Source: Gammaproteobacteria bacterium | GTDB lineage: Bacteria; Pseudomonadota; Gammaproteobacteria; Steroidobacterales; JABDKV01 | Reading direction: 5' to 3' | Assembly (NCBI GenBank): GCA_029862165.1 | Contig: JAOTXU010000006.1 | Span: 69,960-133,959, forward strand | DNA length: 64,000 nt | In this document: positions 8,841 to 19,252 of the stretch, piece by piece | Numbering within the stretch: the first letter of the stretch is position 1 | How the letters are laid out: every line of letters begins with the position of its first letter | Translations under genes and position numbers: made by a program | Notes under the pieces: generated by a model | Told to the model about the DNA's origin: nothing | Databases searched by the model: none | The model's input: the letters and a program-made list of their open reading frames with translations, nothing else

Positions 8841-10781
8841 ATGCGATTTCTAACTCTCGTGATCGCCGGCTTGCTGGTGAGTCAGTTTGCTTCGGCTTTG
8901 TGTGAGTTCGAAAACGGCACGATCAGCAACCCGGACGATCCGTTGTGTCGCGATACACAACTGGTTTATACCGAAAACGATGACAGCGGCGACAATATTG
9001 CGTTGGGTTACCCGCCACCAATACCGGTCGATACACTGACGGCGGTCGATGGCTTCCGCACCTATTCATCACTGTTTGCACAGCATCAGGACCTGATGCT
9101 CACACGAGATACGGTTGGCGGCAGCGTAGTAGGACAAACCCAACTCGATCGCGACATCTGGGCATACAGCATCGGTGATGTCGATAATCTGACCAATGAT
9201 GGACGCCCGGAAGGCGCTGTCATTATCAATGGCGGCATACACGCGCGCGAATGGCAGTCACCGGAAGTGCTGACTGAGATTTTCGAGCAACTGGTTGAGC
9301 GTTCTGATGACGCACATATCGGCCAGTACCTGCGAGACAATCTGAATGTGGTCCTGTTGCCCGTAATAAACATAGACGGTTTCATACAGACCCAGACTTT
9401 CCCGACCCGCGCCACCGCTGACGAACGCCAACCGCGAGACGGCCGAATGCGCCGCAAAAACTTGCGCAATCCGTCCGGGGGTGTAGTCGACAATCAATTG
9501 GATACCACTGATGACAGTTTTTTTGGTGTCGACCTCAATCGCAACAGTGTGCACGGTTACGGCCTGAACGGCGGCTCGAGCGCGAATCCGATCAGCCTGA
9601 TCTATCGTGGTACAGCCCACTCCTCGGAATCGGAGATTCTTGCCCTGCAAGCCGCAACGGGGCTCGGGCCTGCCGATAGATTGCGACTCGGAATAGACGT
9701 GCATTCATTTAGTTCTGTCTATTTCACACCACGCACCGGCAACACCCGACGCGATGCAATTACTTTGGGCCTGGCGACGCGCATGCGTGCGGTAACCAAC
9801 TTCAAGTATCGCTATTCGCCGGGACCGATCGGCAGTACCGGTATCGGTTCACTGGATAACTATTACGCATTCGAATTCCAGATCCCCTCGTATACGTTAG
9901 AAATTGAACCGCTAAATGGCGGCCAGGATTACGGGGGCACTGGTGCTTCCCACAGTGGCTTCGTTTTGCCGGACAGTGAAATCACGCGAGTACGCGATGA
10001 AATTGCGGCCACGCTTTTACTGGGCTTTTATCGACAAAGCGGGCCACCCCATGTTACCGCAGTTCATATTACCAATCTGGCACGTGACGAAGTCGTGTAC
10101 GCAGCTCAGTGGGTGGCCGATGGTGTCGGCCGCAGGCTCGAAGTCACGACCGATCGAGCGATCGTGCCCAGCGATGACCACCGTATTTATATCGCGTTTA
10201 ACAAACCGATGCGTTGGTACGATGCAAATGGAAATCTTTCCAACTATGCCGGTCAGTCCAGCACTGCCGGGCAGCTCGAATTGAACGAACCGGATGGCCT
10301 GTTTGGTATCTCTTTGCAACTTGCGCCTAACCCGGACTGGCTCGATGTACCGGGCGGCCCACCCGATGGTTATCTCAACTACCGCGGCGACGCTTTCACC
10401 CGGGACATGCCGTTGTCACAGATGGGTCTGACGGTGGGTGAACCCAAATCGGTAGCCCTACAGATCGAACTAACTGATATTGCCGAAATGGCGCTCGATG
10501 CCGACCCATCAACGCCGGTTGATTGGCAAAACGGACACTGGACCGGCTATGAAGACTCGATGCTGGCCGGAGGCGATACCGGCGGGGCTGACTGCACCTT
10601 CATAGTATTCCTCGCCGACGACGCCAACGCTACGGCACCGCCAAAAGTAGCCGAATGTCAGGCCGGCGCTCCGCCACCATTACCACCACCACCGCCACCG
10701 CCACAACCAGCAGGCGGTGGCGGTGGGGGCAGTGGCTTATGGTTGTTACCGTTAATGTTGTTAGCCGCACGCCGTCGATGA
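8841..10781 (+). CDS. Secreted M14 zinc carboxypeptidase-family protein with Pro-rich linker and GlyGly-CTERM tail
   Basis: Signal peptide; GGIHAREW (HxxE), NIDG, RKN, GVDLNRN, DVHSF, catalytic LE; tail PPPPPPPQPAGGGGGGSGLWLLPLMLLAARRR. Confidence 0.85.
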   Translation: MRFLTLVIAGLLVSQFASALCEFENGTISNPDDPLCRDTQLVYTENDDSGDNIALGYPPPIPVDTLTAVDGFRTYSSLFAQHQDLMLTRDTVGGSVVGQTQLDRDIWAYSIGDVDNLTNDGRPEGAVIINGGIHAREWQSPEVLTEIFEQLVERSDDAHIGQYLRDNLNVVLLPVINIDGFIQTQTFPTRATADERQPRDGRMRRKNLRNPSGGVVDNQLDTTDDSFFGVDLNRNSVHGYGLNGGSSANPISLIYRGTAHSSESEILALQAATGLGPADRLRLGIDVHSFSSVYFTPRTGNTRRDAITLGLATRMRAVTNFKYRYSPGPIGSTGIGSLDNYYAFEFQIPSYTLEIEPLNGGQDYGGTGASHSGFVLPDSEITRVRDEIAATLLLGFYRQSGPPHVTAVHITNLARDEVVYAAQWVADGVGRRLEVTTDRAIVPSDDHRIYIAFNKPMRWYDANGNLSNYAGQSSTAGQLELNEPDGLFGISLQLAPNPDWLDVPGGPPDGYLNYRGDAFTRDMPLSQMGLTVGEPKSVALQIELTDIAEMALDADPSTPVDWQNGHWTGYEDSMLAGGDTGGADCTFIVFLADDANATAPPKVAECQAGAPPPLPPPPPPPQPAGGGGGGSGLWLLPLMLLAARRR

Positions 10782-11233
10782 GCACAGGGCAGACGCCCAG
10801 TTTGTTACGTCGTCTTGCCGCTGTTGCTTACGACACGCTGATCCTTGCCGCCCTACTGATCGCCGCAACGGCCGCGACACTGCTGTTTACGCGCGGTGAA
10901 CCGGTGTCGGCGGGCACACTGTGGTATCAGTTCTACCTCGGCACTATTGTGCTGATTTATTTTTCGGTTTCCTGGTGGCGACGTGGGCAAACAATCGGCA
11001 TGGTTGCGTGGCGCTTGCGAGTGCGCACAGCAGAGCATGCCAACGCGTCTTTGTTTCAATGCGTGCTGCGCGCACTCAGCGCAACAATCTCCTGGCTTGC
11101 TCTCGGACTGGGTTTTTTGTGGGTGTTGATAGATCGTCGTGGTCGTGCCTGGCACGATTTGCTCTCCGGCACTGAACTCGTACTGGAAATCGCAACAGGC
11201 GTCAGCGCACGCGAGCCAGCGCAGCAACGGTAA
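10778..11233 (+). CDS. RDD family membrane protein
   Basis: RRLAAVAYD, GQTIGM, RAWHDLLSGT; usual position next to lptG. Confidence 0.9.
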   Translation: MSTGQTPSLLRRLAAVAYDTLILAALLIAATAATLLFTRGEPVSAGTLWYQFYLGTIVLIYFSVSWWRRGQTIGMVAWRLRVRTAEHANASLFQCVLRALSATISWLALGLGFLWVLIDRRGRAWHDLLSGTELVLEIATGVSAREPAQQR

Positions 11234-12269
11234 CCAGAAATAAAGCGATCGTCGGTAACCAGGCTGTAACCGCCGGGTTCAATCCAAATACTGCGCCACT
11301 GTTCGCGGTGAGCCGATTAACCAGAAAATAAGCCGCGCCCAGCAATATGCCCACAAACATCCGCTGACCCGTTCCGGTACTGCGTAGCGGCCCAAATACA
11401 AAAGGTAGCGCGAGTGCTGCCATGATGACGATGGATACGATCGTGGCGATGCGTGACCAGAAAGCCATGATGTAGCTATCCGCATCCAGACCATTGCGAC
11501 GCAAATACTTGATGTAGTCGAACAAACCATGACTTGCCAAAACATCCGGATCCACAACTGAAAGACCGAGCAGTTCCGGGCTCAATGTGGTCGACTGCGC
11601 CATTTGGGAGCCTTTTGTGGCCACCAATCGTTCATTAAGAAATTCTGTCTTGCGTGAATCGTCCAGTACCCAGACACCATCGTCATCAAAACTCGCGGTT
11701 CGCGCCTGGACGATGCTTTGCAGCTCACGCTTTTCATCAAACGTAAATACATAAATACCACCGGCACGATCACCTGCCATGAGTTGCTCGATGTTTATCA
11801 CAACGTTGCCGTCGCGAATCCAGCCACTCTGGCCCTGACCCATGCTGAGTTGATTGTGCAAAGCCATGGTGCGCTGCCGCTTTGCATACTGTTCGGCCGG
11901 TGGCGCAATGAACTCACCCAGGGCGGTACCGATTACTGCAATCAGACCGCCAGCAATAATGACGCTACTTGTCAGTCGCCAGGGCGAGATGCCGGCAGCA
12001 CGCATCACGATCAACTCACTGTGTGAAGCCAGATTACCCAAACCGAGTAGTGCACCCAGCAAGGTGGCAATCGGCAATAACTGATACGCCATTGACGGGA
12101 GTGTCAGTAACACAAATGCGACCGCATCAGCCGTTGTGTAAGTTCCCTGACCCACATTATCGACTTGGCCGATAAAACTGACAAAGGCATTGAGGACCAA
12201 CAAAACCGTCAACACCAGAACCGTGCCGCGTAATACTCCAGCCAGGATGTATCGATCAAGCAGCGTCAC
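11202..12269 (-). CDS. lptG: LPS export permease LptG
   Basis: LDRYI, SELIVMRAAGIS, FGPLRS; YjgP/Q topology. Confidence 0.93.
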   Translation of the reverse strand: MTLLDRYILAGVLRGTVLVLTVLLVLNAFVSFIGQVDNVGQGTYTTADAVAFVLLTLPSMAYQLLPIATLLGALLGLGNLASHSELIVMRAAGISPWRLTSSVIIAGGLIAVIGTALGEFIAPPAEQYAKRQRTMALHNQLSMGQGQSGWIRDGNVVINIEQLMAGDRAGGIYVFTFDEKRELQSIVQARTASFDDDGVWVLDDSRKTEFLNERLVATKGSQMAQSTTLSPELLGLSVVDPDVLASHGLFDYIKYLRRNGLDADSYIMAFWSRIATIVSIVIMAALALPFVFGPLRSTGTGQRMFVGILLGAAYFLVNRLTANSGAVFGLNPAVTAWLPTIALFLVTVAALARVR

Positions 12270-13339
12270 GATTTATTCGCCCGCGGTTTACGCAGGTGGG
12301 TTTCGCGCCAGAGCAGAAACGACGCTGCCACCACCATGATGCCATGCACCGGCCACATGCCCACACGCGGCGATAAGACACCCTGCTGGATCCAAATCTG
12401 CGCCGCACCGAGCAGATTGGCGTACACCAGGTAAATGGCAATCCCGATACCCAAACGGCCGTAGCGACCCTGACGTGGGCGGGTACGTGCCAAAGGCACG
12501 GCGAGAAAGCCCAGCAACATTGCGCTAATCGGCGCAGACAGGCGCCAATGCAATTCGGCCGCATCGGCGCGAGCCCTGGATTTCAGTAATTGCAAAGTGG
12601 GCGTCGCCTCGCGGTCAGGAACCCTGGCGGGCCCGTCCCTGCTCATAACCGGTATGCCATGCTCGGCGAATTGCACGATGCGAAAACCCAGAGTACCCGG
12701 CACGCCCTCGTAGCGACGGCCGTTACGCAGAATGATCATGGTTTCATCCGCGTCTTTGCGAATCTCCCCAGTCTCGGAAACGGCCAGTTCAATCTGGTCG
12801 CCACGCCGCCGTTGCAGAAAAACATTCAGCAGCATGCCTTGATCGTTGGTGCCCTCCGCATAGAACACTACACCGCTATCGGAACGAAAACGCCCCGCCT
12901 CCAACGCACCGAGCCCGGCCTGCTGCTTGGAAACCTCTGTGATGACATGCGCTTTGCCGGCAGCCCACGGGGACACAAACAGGGACAACCAGGCCAGCAC
13001 AACAGACAAAACGATTGAAACAACCGCGATTGGCTTGTAAACGCGAAACGGTCCGATCCCACACGCGTTTATGGCTGCCATCTCGCTGTCCATGAATAAT
13101 CGACCGAGGGCAAGCATTACTGCAAGAAAAAGACCGACCGGAACCAGTACAGTCAGATAGCCGATGGAAGTTAGCCCAATGATTTGCAACACTGCGTCGC
13201 GGGGTAGTTTTCCGGCGGCCGCATCGCCTAACACACGTGCAAACTGGTTGCTCAGCAGGATAAACAGCAATACCGCAGTTACAGCGAACCACGCGTAAAC
13301 GACCTCTTTTGTCAGGTACCTGTTGATAATCGCGAGCAC
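12266..13339 (-). CDS. lptF: LPS export permease LptF
   Basis: IINRYL, LGRLFMDSEM, AELHWRLS, PRQGRY. Confidence 0.93.
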   Translation of the reverse strand: MLAIINRYLTKEVVYAWFAVTAVLLFILLSNQFARVLGDAAAGKLPRDAVLQIIGLTSIGYLTVLVPVGLFLAVMLALGRLFMDSEMAAINACGIGPFRVYKPIAVVSIVLSVVLAWLSLFVSPWAAGKAHVITEVSKQQAGLGALEAGRFRSDSGVVFYAEGTNDQGMLLNVFLQRRRGDQIELAVSETGEIRKDADETMIILRNGRRYEGVPGTLGFRIVQFAEHGIPVMSRDGPARVPDREATPTLQLLKSRARADAAELHWRLSAPISAMLLGFLAVPLARTRPRQGRYGRLGIGIAIYLVYANLLGAAQIWIQQGVLSPRVGMWPVHGIMVVAASFLLWRETHLRKPRANKS

Positions 13340-13437
13340 TAAAGACGATTCCCCTGAACAATGGCTTACTGTAAACTACGCTGCCATTGTATACGACGGC
13401 CGACACCGGCAGGCTCGTATAAATCTAGGGGATTCAC

Positions 13438-14928
13438 ATGGACTTTTTCGCTACCAGCGCCACAGCCGCGCGCCAGCGCACTGATTGCGCAATAGTCGGC
13501 CTGTACCAGACCAAACGCCTGACTGAAGACGCCACTACACTGGACAAAGCCAGCGACAAGCAGATCTCTGCAGCGATTGCCAAGGGCGACATCGATGGCA
13601 AGCTGGGCTCCACCCTGCTCATTGGCCACACCCACCATGTTGCCTGCAAACGCATATTGGTCGTCGGACTGGGCAGCAAGAAAGAGTTTAACGAACGCGC
13701 ATATCGTACAGCCACGGCGGCAGCGCTGGCCAAGATCTCGGGCACCGGCGCGGCCAGTGCCGTCAGTTATCTGTCGCGTGAAACACTAAAGGAACGCGAC
13801 GCCTACGGTGTCGCCCGCTTGGCCGCCGCGGAAGCCGCGCTGAGCGTCTATCGTTTTGACGAGCTGAAATCAGAAAAAGCTAAGAAACCCAAGCTCAAGC
13901 GTTTTGGAGTCGCGGCCGCCAACCGTAACGATCAAACGGCGATGCAATCGGGCCTGAAAGATGCCGCCGCTATCATTGATGGTGTCAAGCTCGCCCGGGA
14001 TCTGGGTAACCGTCCAGCCAATGTCTGCACACCGGGACATCTGGCGGACCAGGCCCGCGATCTGGCCAAGCGCTTCAAGAGCATAAAAACAAAAGTGGTC
14101 AACCGTGCGGAAATAGAACGACTCGGCATGGGTGCGTTTTTGTCAGTCACCGCCGGTGCGGCTGAGCCACCGCACCTGATCGTAATGGAGTACAGCGGCG
14201 GTGCTACGGACGAATCGCCTATTGCACTCGTCGGCAAAGGGATTACTTTTGACACGGGTGGAATTTCAATAAAGTCCGCAAGTGCGATGGATGAAATGAA
14301 ATTCGACATGTGTGGCGCTGCAAGCGTGCTGGGCACCATGCTGTCCCTTGCTCGTCTGCGTTTGCCACTCAATGTCGTCGGCATCGTACCCACCTGTGAA
14401 AATATGCCCAGTGGGACTGCGACCCGGCCGGGCGATATCGTCACTACGATGTCGGGAAAAACGGTTGAGATACTCAACACGGACGCTGAAGGCCGCTTGA
14501 TACTCTGCGATGCGCTCACCTACTCGCGCAAGTACGATCCCGAGACAGTTATCGATATAGCGACGTTGACCGGTGCCTGTGTCATTGCGTTAGGACATTT
14601 CCACTCGGGGTTAATGACACGCGACAATGATCTGGCCGAAGAGTTGCTGACAGCCGGCCGCACTGCGGCCGACCTCGCGTGGCAATTGCCGCTGACTGAA
14701 GACTATGCCAAGACTCTGAAGAGCAATTTTGCTGATTTTGCCAACGTGGGAAGCAAATCCGGGAGCGCGATCAGTGCCGGTTGCTTCCTGGGTAAATTTA
14801 CCGAAGGACTTAGCTGGGCGCACCTGGACATCGCCGGTTCTGCGTGGAAATCAGGCAAGGCAAAAGGCGCAACTGGTCGGCCCGTGGGTCTACTCACGCA
14901 ATTTCTTATTGACCGCGCCCGCTTGTAA
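13438..14928 (+). CDS. pepA: Cytosol leucyl aminopeptidase
   Basis: VGKGITFDTGG, MKFDM, NTDAEGRL, HLDIAG. Confidence 0.96.
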   Translation: MDFFATSATAARQRTDCAIVGLYQTKRLTEDATTLDKASDKQISAAIAKGDIDGKLGSTLLIGHTHHVACKRILVVGLGSKKEFNERAYRTATAAALAKISGTGAASAVSYLSRETLKERDAYGVARLAAAEAALSVYRFDELKSEKAKKPKLKRFGVAAANRNDQTAMQSGLKDAAAIIDGVKLARDLGNRPANVCTPGHLADQARDLAKRFKSIKTKVVNRAEIERLGMGAFLSVTAGAAEPPHLIVMEYSGGATDESPIALVGKGITFDTGGISIKSASAMDEMKFDMCGAASVLGTMLSLARLRLPLNVVGIVPTCENMPSGTATRPGDIVTTMSGKTVEILNTDAEGRLILCDALTYSRKYDPETVIDIATLTGACVIALGHFHSGLMTRDNDLAEELLTAGRTAADLAWQLPLTEDYAKTLKSNFADFANVGSKSGSAISAGCFLGKFTEGLSWAHLDIAGSAWKSGKAKGATGRPVGLLTQFLIDRARL

Positions 14929-15362
14929 TGACACAGATCGATTTCTACATACTTCAAGACGCCGGCGGCACGCAATTGCAGCGCTTCGCCTGCCGTCTTG
15001 TCGACAAAGCCTGGCAACGCGGCCTGCGTTGCCACATCAACACGGCGACGCCCGAACAAGCCGAACGCATCGACGATCTGCTCTGGACTTTTCGTGACAT
15101 CAGTTTCTTGCCGCACGCAAAGGGCATAACAAACTCCGAAGACAGCCAACGACTTGCCGCGGTAATCGGTACCGGCACGGAACCAGCCGGCGAACTCAAC
15201 GTGTTGATAAACCTGAGTCCGGAAGTACCAGCCTTCTTTAGTCGTTTCGAGCGTGTCGCCGAGTTGGTCGACAACGATGAAAGCCGACGCACGGCAGGAC
15301 GCGAACGTTTCCGCTTCTATCGCGACCGCGGTTACCCCCTCGAGTCGCACAACATCCGCTAA
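14928..15362 (+). CDS. holC: DNA polymerase III chi subunit
   Basis: IDFYIL, DDLLWTF...SFLPH, RERFRFYRDRG; pepA-holC-valS synteny. Confidence 0.95.
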   Translation: MTQIDFYILQDAGGTQLQRFACRLVDKAWQRGLRCHINTATPEQAERIDDLLWTFRDISFLPHAKGITNSEDSQRLAAVIGTGTEPAGELNVLINLSPEVPAFFSRFERVAELVDNDESRRTAGRERFRFYRDRGYPLESHNIR

Positions 15363-15416
15363 GCAACCTGGTAGCGGCCCTGTATACTGCGCCGAACCCG
15401 GGATAACAAAAGCGGC

Positions 15417-18197
15417 ATGGAAAAAACCTACGAGCCAGCGCAAATCGAGCAAAACTGCTACCAATTCTGGGAGCACGGCGGCTATTTCGAGCCATCTGGC
15501 GTGGGTGACGCCTACTGCATCATGATCCCGCCGCCGAATGTGACCGGCACTTTGCACATGGGCCACGCTTTCCAAATGACCATCATGGATGCCTTGACCC
15601 GCTATCACCGCATGCTCGGCCACAATACGTTGTGGCAACCGGGCACCGATCATGCCGGGATCGCGACCCAGATGGTGGTCGAGAGACAACTCAACGCCGA
15701 GGGTAAGACCCGAAAGGAAATCGGTCGCGAAGCCTTTCTCGAACGGGTCTGGAAATGGAAAGAGCATTCCAGCGGCACCATTCAATATCAGTTACGTCGT
15801 CTGGGCTCGTCATTGGACTGGTCACGCGAGCGCTTCACGATGGACGAGGGCTTATCCGAAGCAGTCATCGACGTATTTGTACAACTCTACGATGAGGGTC
15901 TGATCTATCGTGGCAAGCGACTGGTCAATTGGGACCCGGTACTGCATACCGCATTGTCCGATCTCGAAGTGTTGTCCGAAGAAGAAGACGGGCATCTTTG
16001 GCATTTTCATTACCCGATCGCCGACAGCAAAAAAAGTCTGATCGTGGCAACAACACGACCGGAAACGATGCTGGGTGACACGGCCGTGGCCGTACACCCC
16101 GATGATGATCGTTATAGCGACCTGGTCGGCAAGACCGTGGAGTTACCCCTCACCGGCCGCACCATACCGATTATCGCAGACGACTATGTCGATCCTGAGT
16201 TTGGCAGCGGCTGCGTAAAAATCACACCGGCGCACGATTTCAATGACTACGAAGTCGGTCTGCGTCATTCATTGCCATTGATCAACATTTTCACTGAAGA
16301 TGCCTGCCTCAATGACGACGTGCCAGAACCGTATCGGGGTCTGCGACGTTTCGAAGCCCGCAAGCGCATCGTAGAGGATTTCGAAAAACTGGGTCTGCTG
16401 GAAAAAACCGAGGCGCACAAGCTAAAAGTACCGCGTGGCGATCGCAGCGGTGAGGTGGTCGAACCGCTTCTAACCGACCAGTGGTACGTGCGGGTTGGAC
16501 CACTGGCAGAACCGGCCATTGCCGCCGTGGAAAACGGTGATATCCGTTTTGTTCCGGAGAACTGGTCCAGGACCTATTTTGACTGGATGCACAATATCCA
16601 GGACTGGTGCATCAGCCGGCAGTTGTGGTGGGGTCATCGTATTCCCGCCTGGTACGACGACAAAGGCAACTGTTACGTCGGTCGCGATGAAGATGCGATT
16701 CGAGCCAAAAACGGACTCGATACCGATTTAAAGCTCCGCCAGGACGAAGATGTGCTCGACACCTGGTTTTCGTCGGCGTTGTGGCCATTTTCAACGTTGG
16801 GATGGCCTGAAAACACTGATGCCTTAAAAACCTTTTATCCCACATCGGTGTTGGTAACCGGTTTTGACATTATCTTTTTCTGGGTCGCCCGGATGATCAT
16901 GATGGGTCTGAAGTTCACCGGCGACGTGCCGTTCCACGAAATCTACATTCACGCGCTTATTCGCGATGAAGACGGCCAAAAGATGTCGAAGGCCAAAGGC
17001 AACGTGCTTGACCCACTGGATTTAATCGATGGCATCGATCTCGAAGCACTGGTAGAAAAACGCACGGCTAATATGATGCAACCGCATCTGAAAAAACGCG
17101 TCGAGAAAGCGACACGCAAGCAATTTAGCAATGGAATACCGGGATATGGCACCGACGCGTTACGCTTTACCTATGCCTCGCTGGCCACAACCGGTCGTGA
17201 TATCCGTTTTGACATGGGGCGTATCGAAGGTTACCGGAACTTCTGCAACAAACTGTGGAATGCTTCACGTTACGTCCTGATGAATACCGAATCAGCCGAG
17301 CTTGCCGGTGACGTCGAATATTCGTTGGCCGATCGCTGGATACGCTCTCGTCTGTCGGCTGCCATTACAAGCGCACGTGAGAATTTCGATATTTACCGTT
17401 TCGACCGGGCCGCGCGTGCGTTGTATGAATTCACCTGGCACGAGTTTTGTGACTGGTATTTGGAATTGTCCAAACCTGTCTTACAGTCCGACGATACCGA
17501 CCCGGCTCTGCAACGCGGTGCGCGTAAGACGCTCGCGCGTTGTTTGGAGGCGCTGCTGCGCGCCCTGCATCCACTGATGCCGTACATCACCGAGGAAATC
17601 TGGCGACGCGTTGCCCCGATTGCGGAGCGCAGTGGTGCAACGATCATGTTGCAGGCCTATCCCGAGCCATCGAATTTTAAACGTGATGTCGCCGCCGAAG
17701 ACGAAATCGAATGGATACAGGCTTTCATCCTGGGCATACGCCAGATCCGCGGTGAGATGGACATCAGCCCCGCCAAACAAATTCCGGTTTTACTACAGGA
17801 CTGGGAGCCGGATGATCGCCGCAATGTGGAACGACATCGCGTCTATCTGCAAAGTCTTGCACGCGTATCTGACATCAGCCTGCTGGACGCCGGTACAGAA
17901 CCGCCGCCTGCAGCAACCGCGTTGCACGGCAAGATGAAAGCCCTGGTGCCCATGGCCGGCTTGATCGATCCGGTCGCGGAACTGGCGCGGCTTGGCCGCA
18001 AACGCGACAAAACGGCCAGGGACCTGGCGGTAGGCGAGAAAAAACTGGAAAACCCGAGTTTTTCGGGTAACGCCCCGGTCGAGATCGTGAGTGCTTTGCG
18101 GGACCGCGTGCGGGATTTACAGGAGGCCCTGAGCCAAATAGAGACGCAGATCACACGGGTTCGCCAGCTCCCGGACGACAATGACCCCGCCCGGTGA
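15417..18197 (+). CDS. valS: Valine--tRNA ligase
   Basis: [43 protein letters not shown] (variant), C-terminal coiled coil. Confidence 0.98.
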   Translation: MEKTYEPAQIEQNCYQFWEHGGYFEPSGVGDAYCIMIPPPNVTGTLHMGHAFQMTIMDALTRYHRMLGHNTLWQPGTDHAGIATQMVVERQLNAEGKTRKEIGREAFLERVWKWKEHSSGTIQYQLRRLGSSLDWSRERFTMDEGLSEAVIDVFVQLYDEGLIYRGKRLVNWDPVLHTALSDLEVLSEEEDGHLWHFHYPIADSKKSLIVATTRPETMLGDTAVAVHPDDDRYSDLVGKTVELPLTGRTIPIIADDYVDPEFGSGCVKITPAHDFNDYEVGLRHSLPLINIFTEDACLNDDVPEPYRGLRRFEARKRIVEDFEKLGLLEKTEAHKLKVPRGDRSGEVVEPLLTDQWYVRVGPLAEPAIAAVENGDIRFVPENWSRTYFDWMHNIQDWCISRQLWWGHRIPAWYDDKGNCYVGRDEDAIRAKNGLDTDLKLRQDEDVLDTWFSSALWPFSTLGWPENTDALKTFYPTSVLVTGFDIIFFWVARMIMMGLKFTGDVPFHEIYIHALIRDEDGQKMSKAKGNVLDPLDLIDGIDLEALVEKRTANMMQPHLKKRVEKATRKQFSNGIPGYGTDALRFTYASLATTGRDIRFDMGRIEGYRNFCNKLWNASRYVLMNTESAELAGDVEYSLADRWIRSRLSAAITSARENFDIYRFDRAARALYEFTWHEFCDWYLELSKPVLQSDDTDPALQRGARKTLARCLEALLRALHPLMPYITEEIWRRVAPIAERSGATIMLQAYPEPSNFKRDVAAEDEIEWIQAFILGIRQIRGEMDISPAKQIPVLLQDWEPDDRRNVERHRVYLQSLARVSDISLLDAGTEPPPAATALHGKMKALVPMAGLIDPVAELARLGRKRDKTARDLAVGEKKLENPSFSGNAPVEIVSALRDRVRDLQEALSQIETQITRVRQLPDDNDPAR

Positions 18198-18283
18198 AAC
18201 TCACGCGCGTGGCCTGGGTCTAGACTAAGACCCGATCGTCACTCCCTTGAGATTGGCAGCATCACTAAGGAATCGCATCGACA

Positions 18284-19243
18284 ATGACAACGACCCACAT
18301 GTGGCCGCAGCAAACCGTCGCCGAGTCCAGTTCGGCAATCGGTGAAATCGTCGCACAGCTAAACGGGGTCATCCTCGGCAAGGAAGAGCAGATTCGATTA
18401 TGTGTCGCCTGTCTGCTGGCACGTGGGCATTTGCTGATCGAAGACATTCCCGGTGTCGGCAAAACCACGCTGGCGCACGCGCTGGCCCACACGTTAGGCT
18501 TGAGTTATCACCGCATCCAGTTCACCAGCGACCTGTTGCCGGCCGATATACTCGGTGTTTCGATCTACGAACGTGAAGGCGGCGAGTTTCGCTTTCATCC
18601 CGGACCGGTATTTTCGCAACTCGTACTAGCCGACGAAATCAATCGCGCCACACCCAAGACACAAAGTGCGTTACTTGAGGCGATGGAGGAAAACCAGGTT
18701 ACCGCCGATGGTCAGACACATGCGCTACCGGTCCCCTTCTTTGTTGTCGCAACACAAAACCCCGCCTATCAGATCGGAACCTTCCCGCTTCCCGAATCGC
18801 AGCTGGATCGTTTTCTTATGCGCATCGAACTGGGTTATCCCGGACCTGCAGTCGAAAAAGAACTGCTGACCGGGCGTGACCGACGCGACATCGTGGCAGA
18901 CCTGAATCCCAGCATCAGCATCGAGACACTAGTCGCGTTACAAAAGCAGGTAAGCAGCATCCATGTTTCCGAAGCCTTGGTGCAATACTTACAGCAAATC
19001 GTCGCGTTCACGCGTGAATCGGCCGCCTTCGCGTCGGGTCTTTCACCGCGTGCGGCCATCGTCTTGCTACGCGGCGCCCAGGCCTGGGCCCTGATGGCCG
19101 GTCACCGTGGCGTATTACCTGAGGATATTCAAGCGGTTACGACCGCCGTTATCGCGCATCGGTTGCGGCCGCGTGACGAGACTGCACCGCAAACGGCGTC
19201 TGAGATCGGGCAATTCGTGCTCGAGAGCGTCTCGATTCCCTGA
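18284..19243 (+). CDS. MoxR-family AAA+ ATPase
   Basis: EDIPGVGKT, IQFTSDLLPAD, LADEINRA, ATQNP, PESQLDRF. Confidence 0.95.
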   Translation: MTTTHMWPQQTVAESSSAIGEIVAQLNGVILGKEEQIRLCVACLLARGHLLIEDIPGVGKTTLAHALAHTLGLSYHRIQFTSDLLPADILGVSIYEREGGEFRFHPGPVFSQLVLADEINRATPKTQSALLEAMEENQVTADGQTHALPVPFFVVATQNPAYQIGTFPLPESQLDRFLMRIELGYPGPAVEKELLTGRDRRDIVADLNPSISIETLVALQKQVSSIHVSEALVQYLQQIVAFTRESAAFASGLSPRAAIVLLRGAQAWALMAGHRGVLPEDIQAVTTAVIAHRLRPRDETAPQTASEIGQFVLESVSIP

Positions 19244-19252
19244 CGGCTCGCC

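Noticed and set aside
7712-10781. Genomic island or prophage integrated at tRNA-Glu
   Set aside because: No integrase, and I found no duplicated tRNA 3' end near 10781; only two accessory genes follow.
13340-13437. Inverted repeat GATTCCCCT...AGGGGATTC between lptF and pepA
   Set aside because: Explained by the AGGGGA Shine-Dalgarno sites of two divergent genes.
14703-15785. 360 aa minus-strand ORF over pepA/holC/valS
   Set aside because: Antisense shadow of conserved genes with no motifs; typical of GC-rich DNA.
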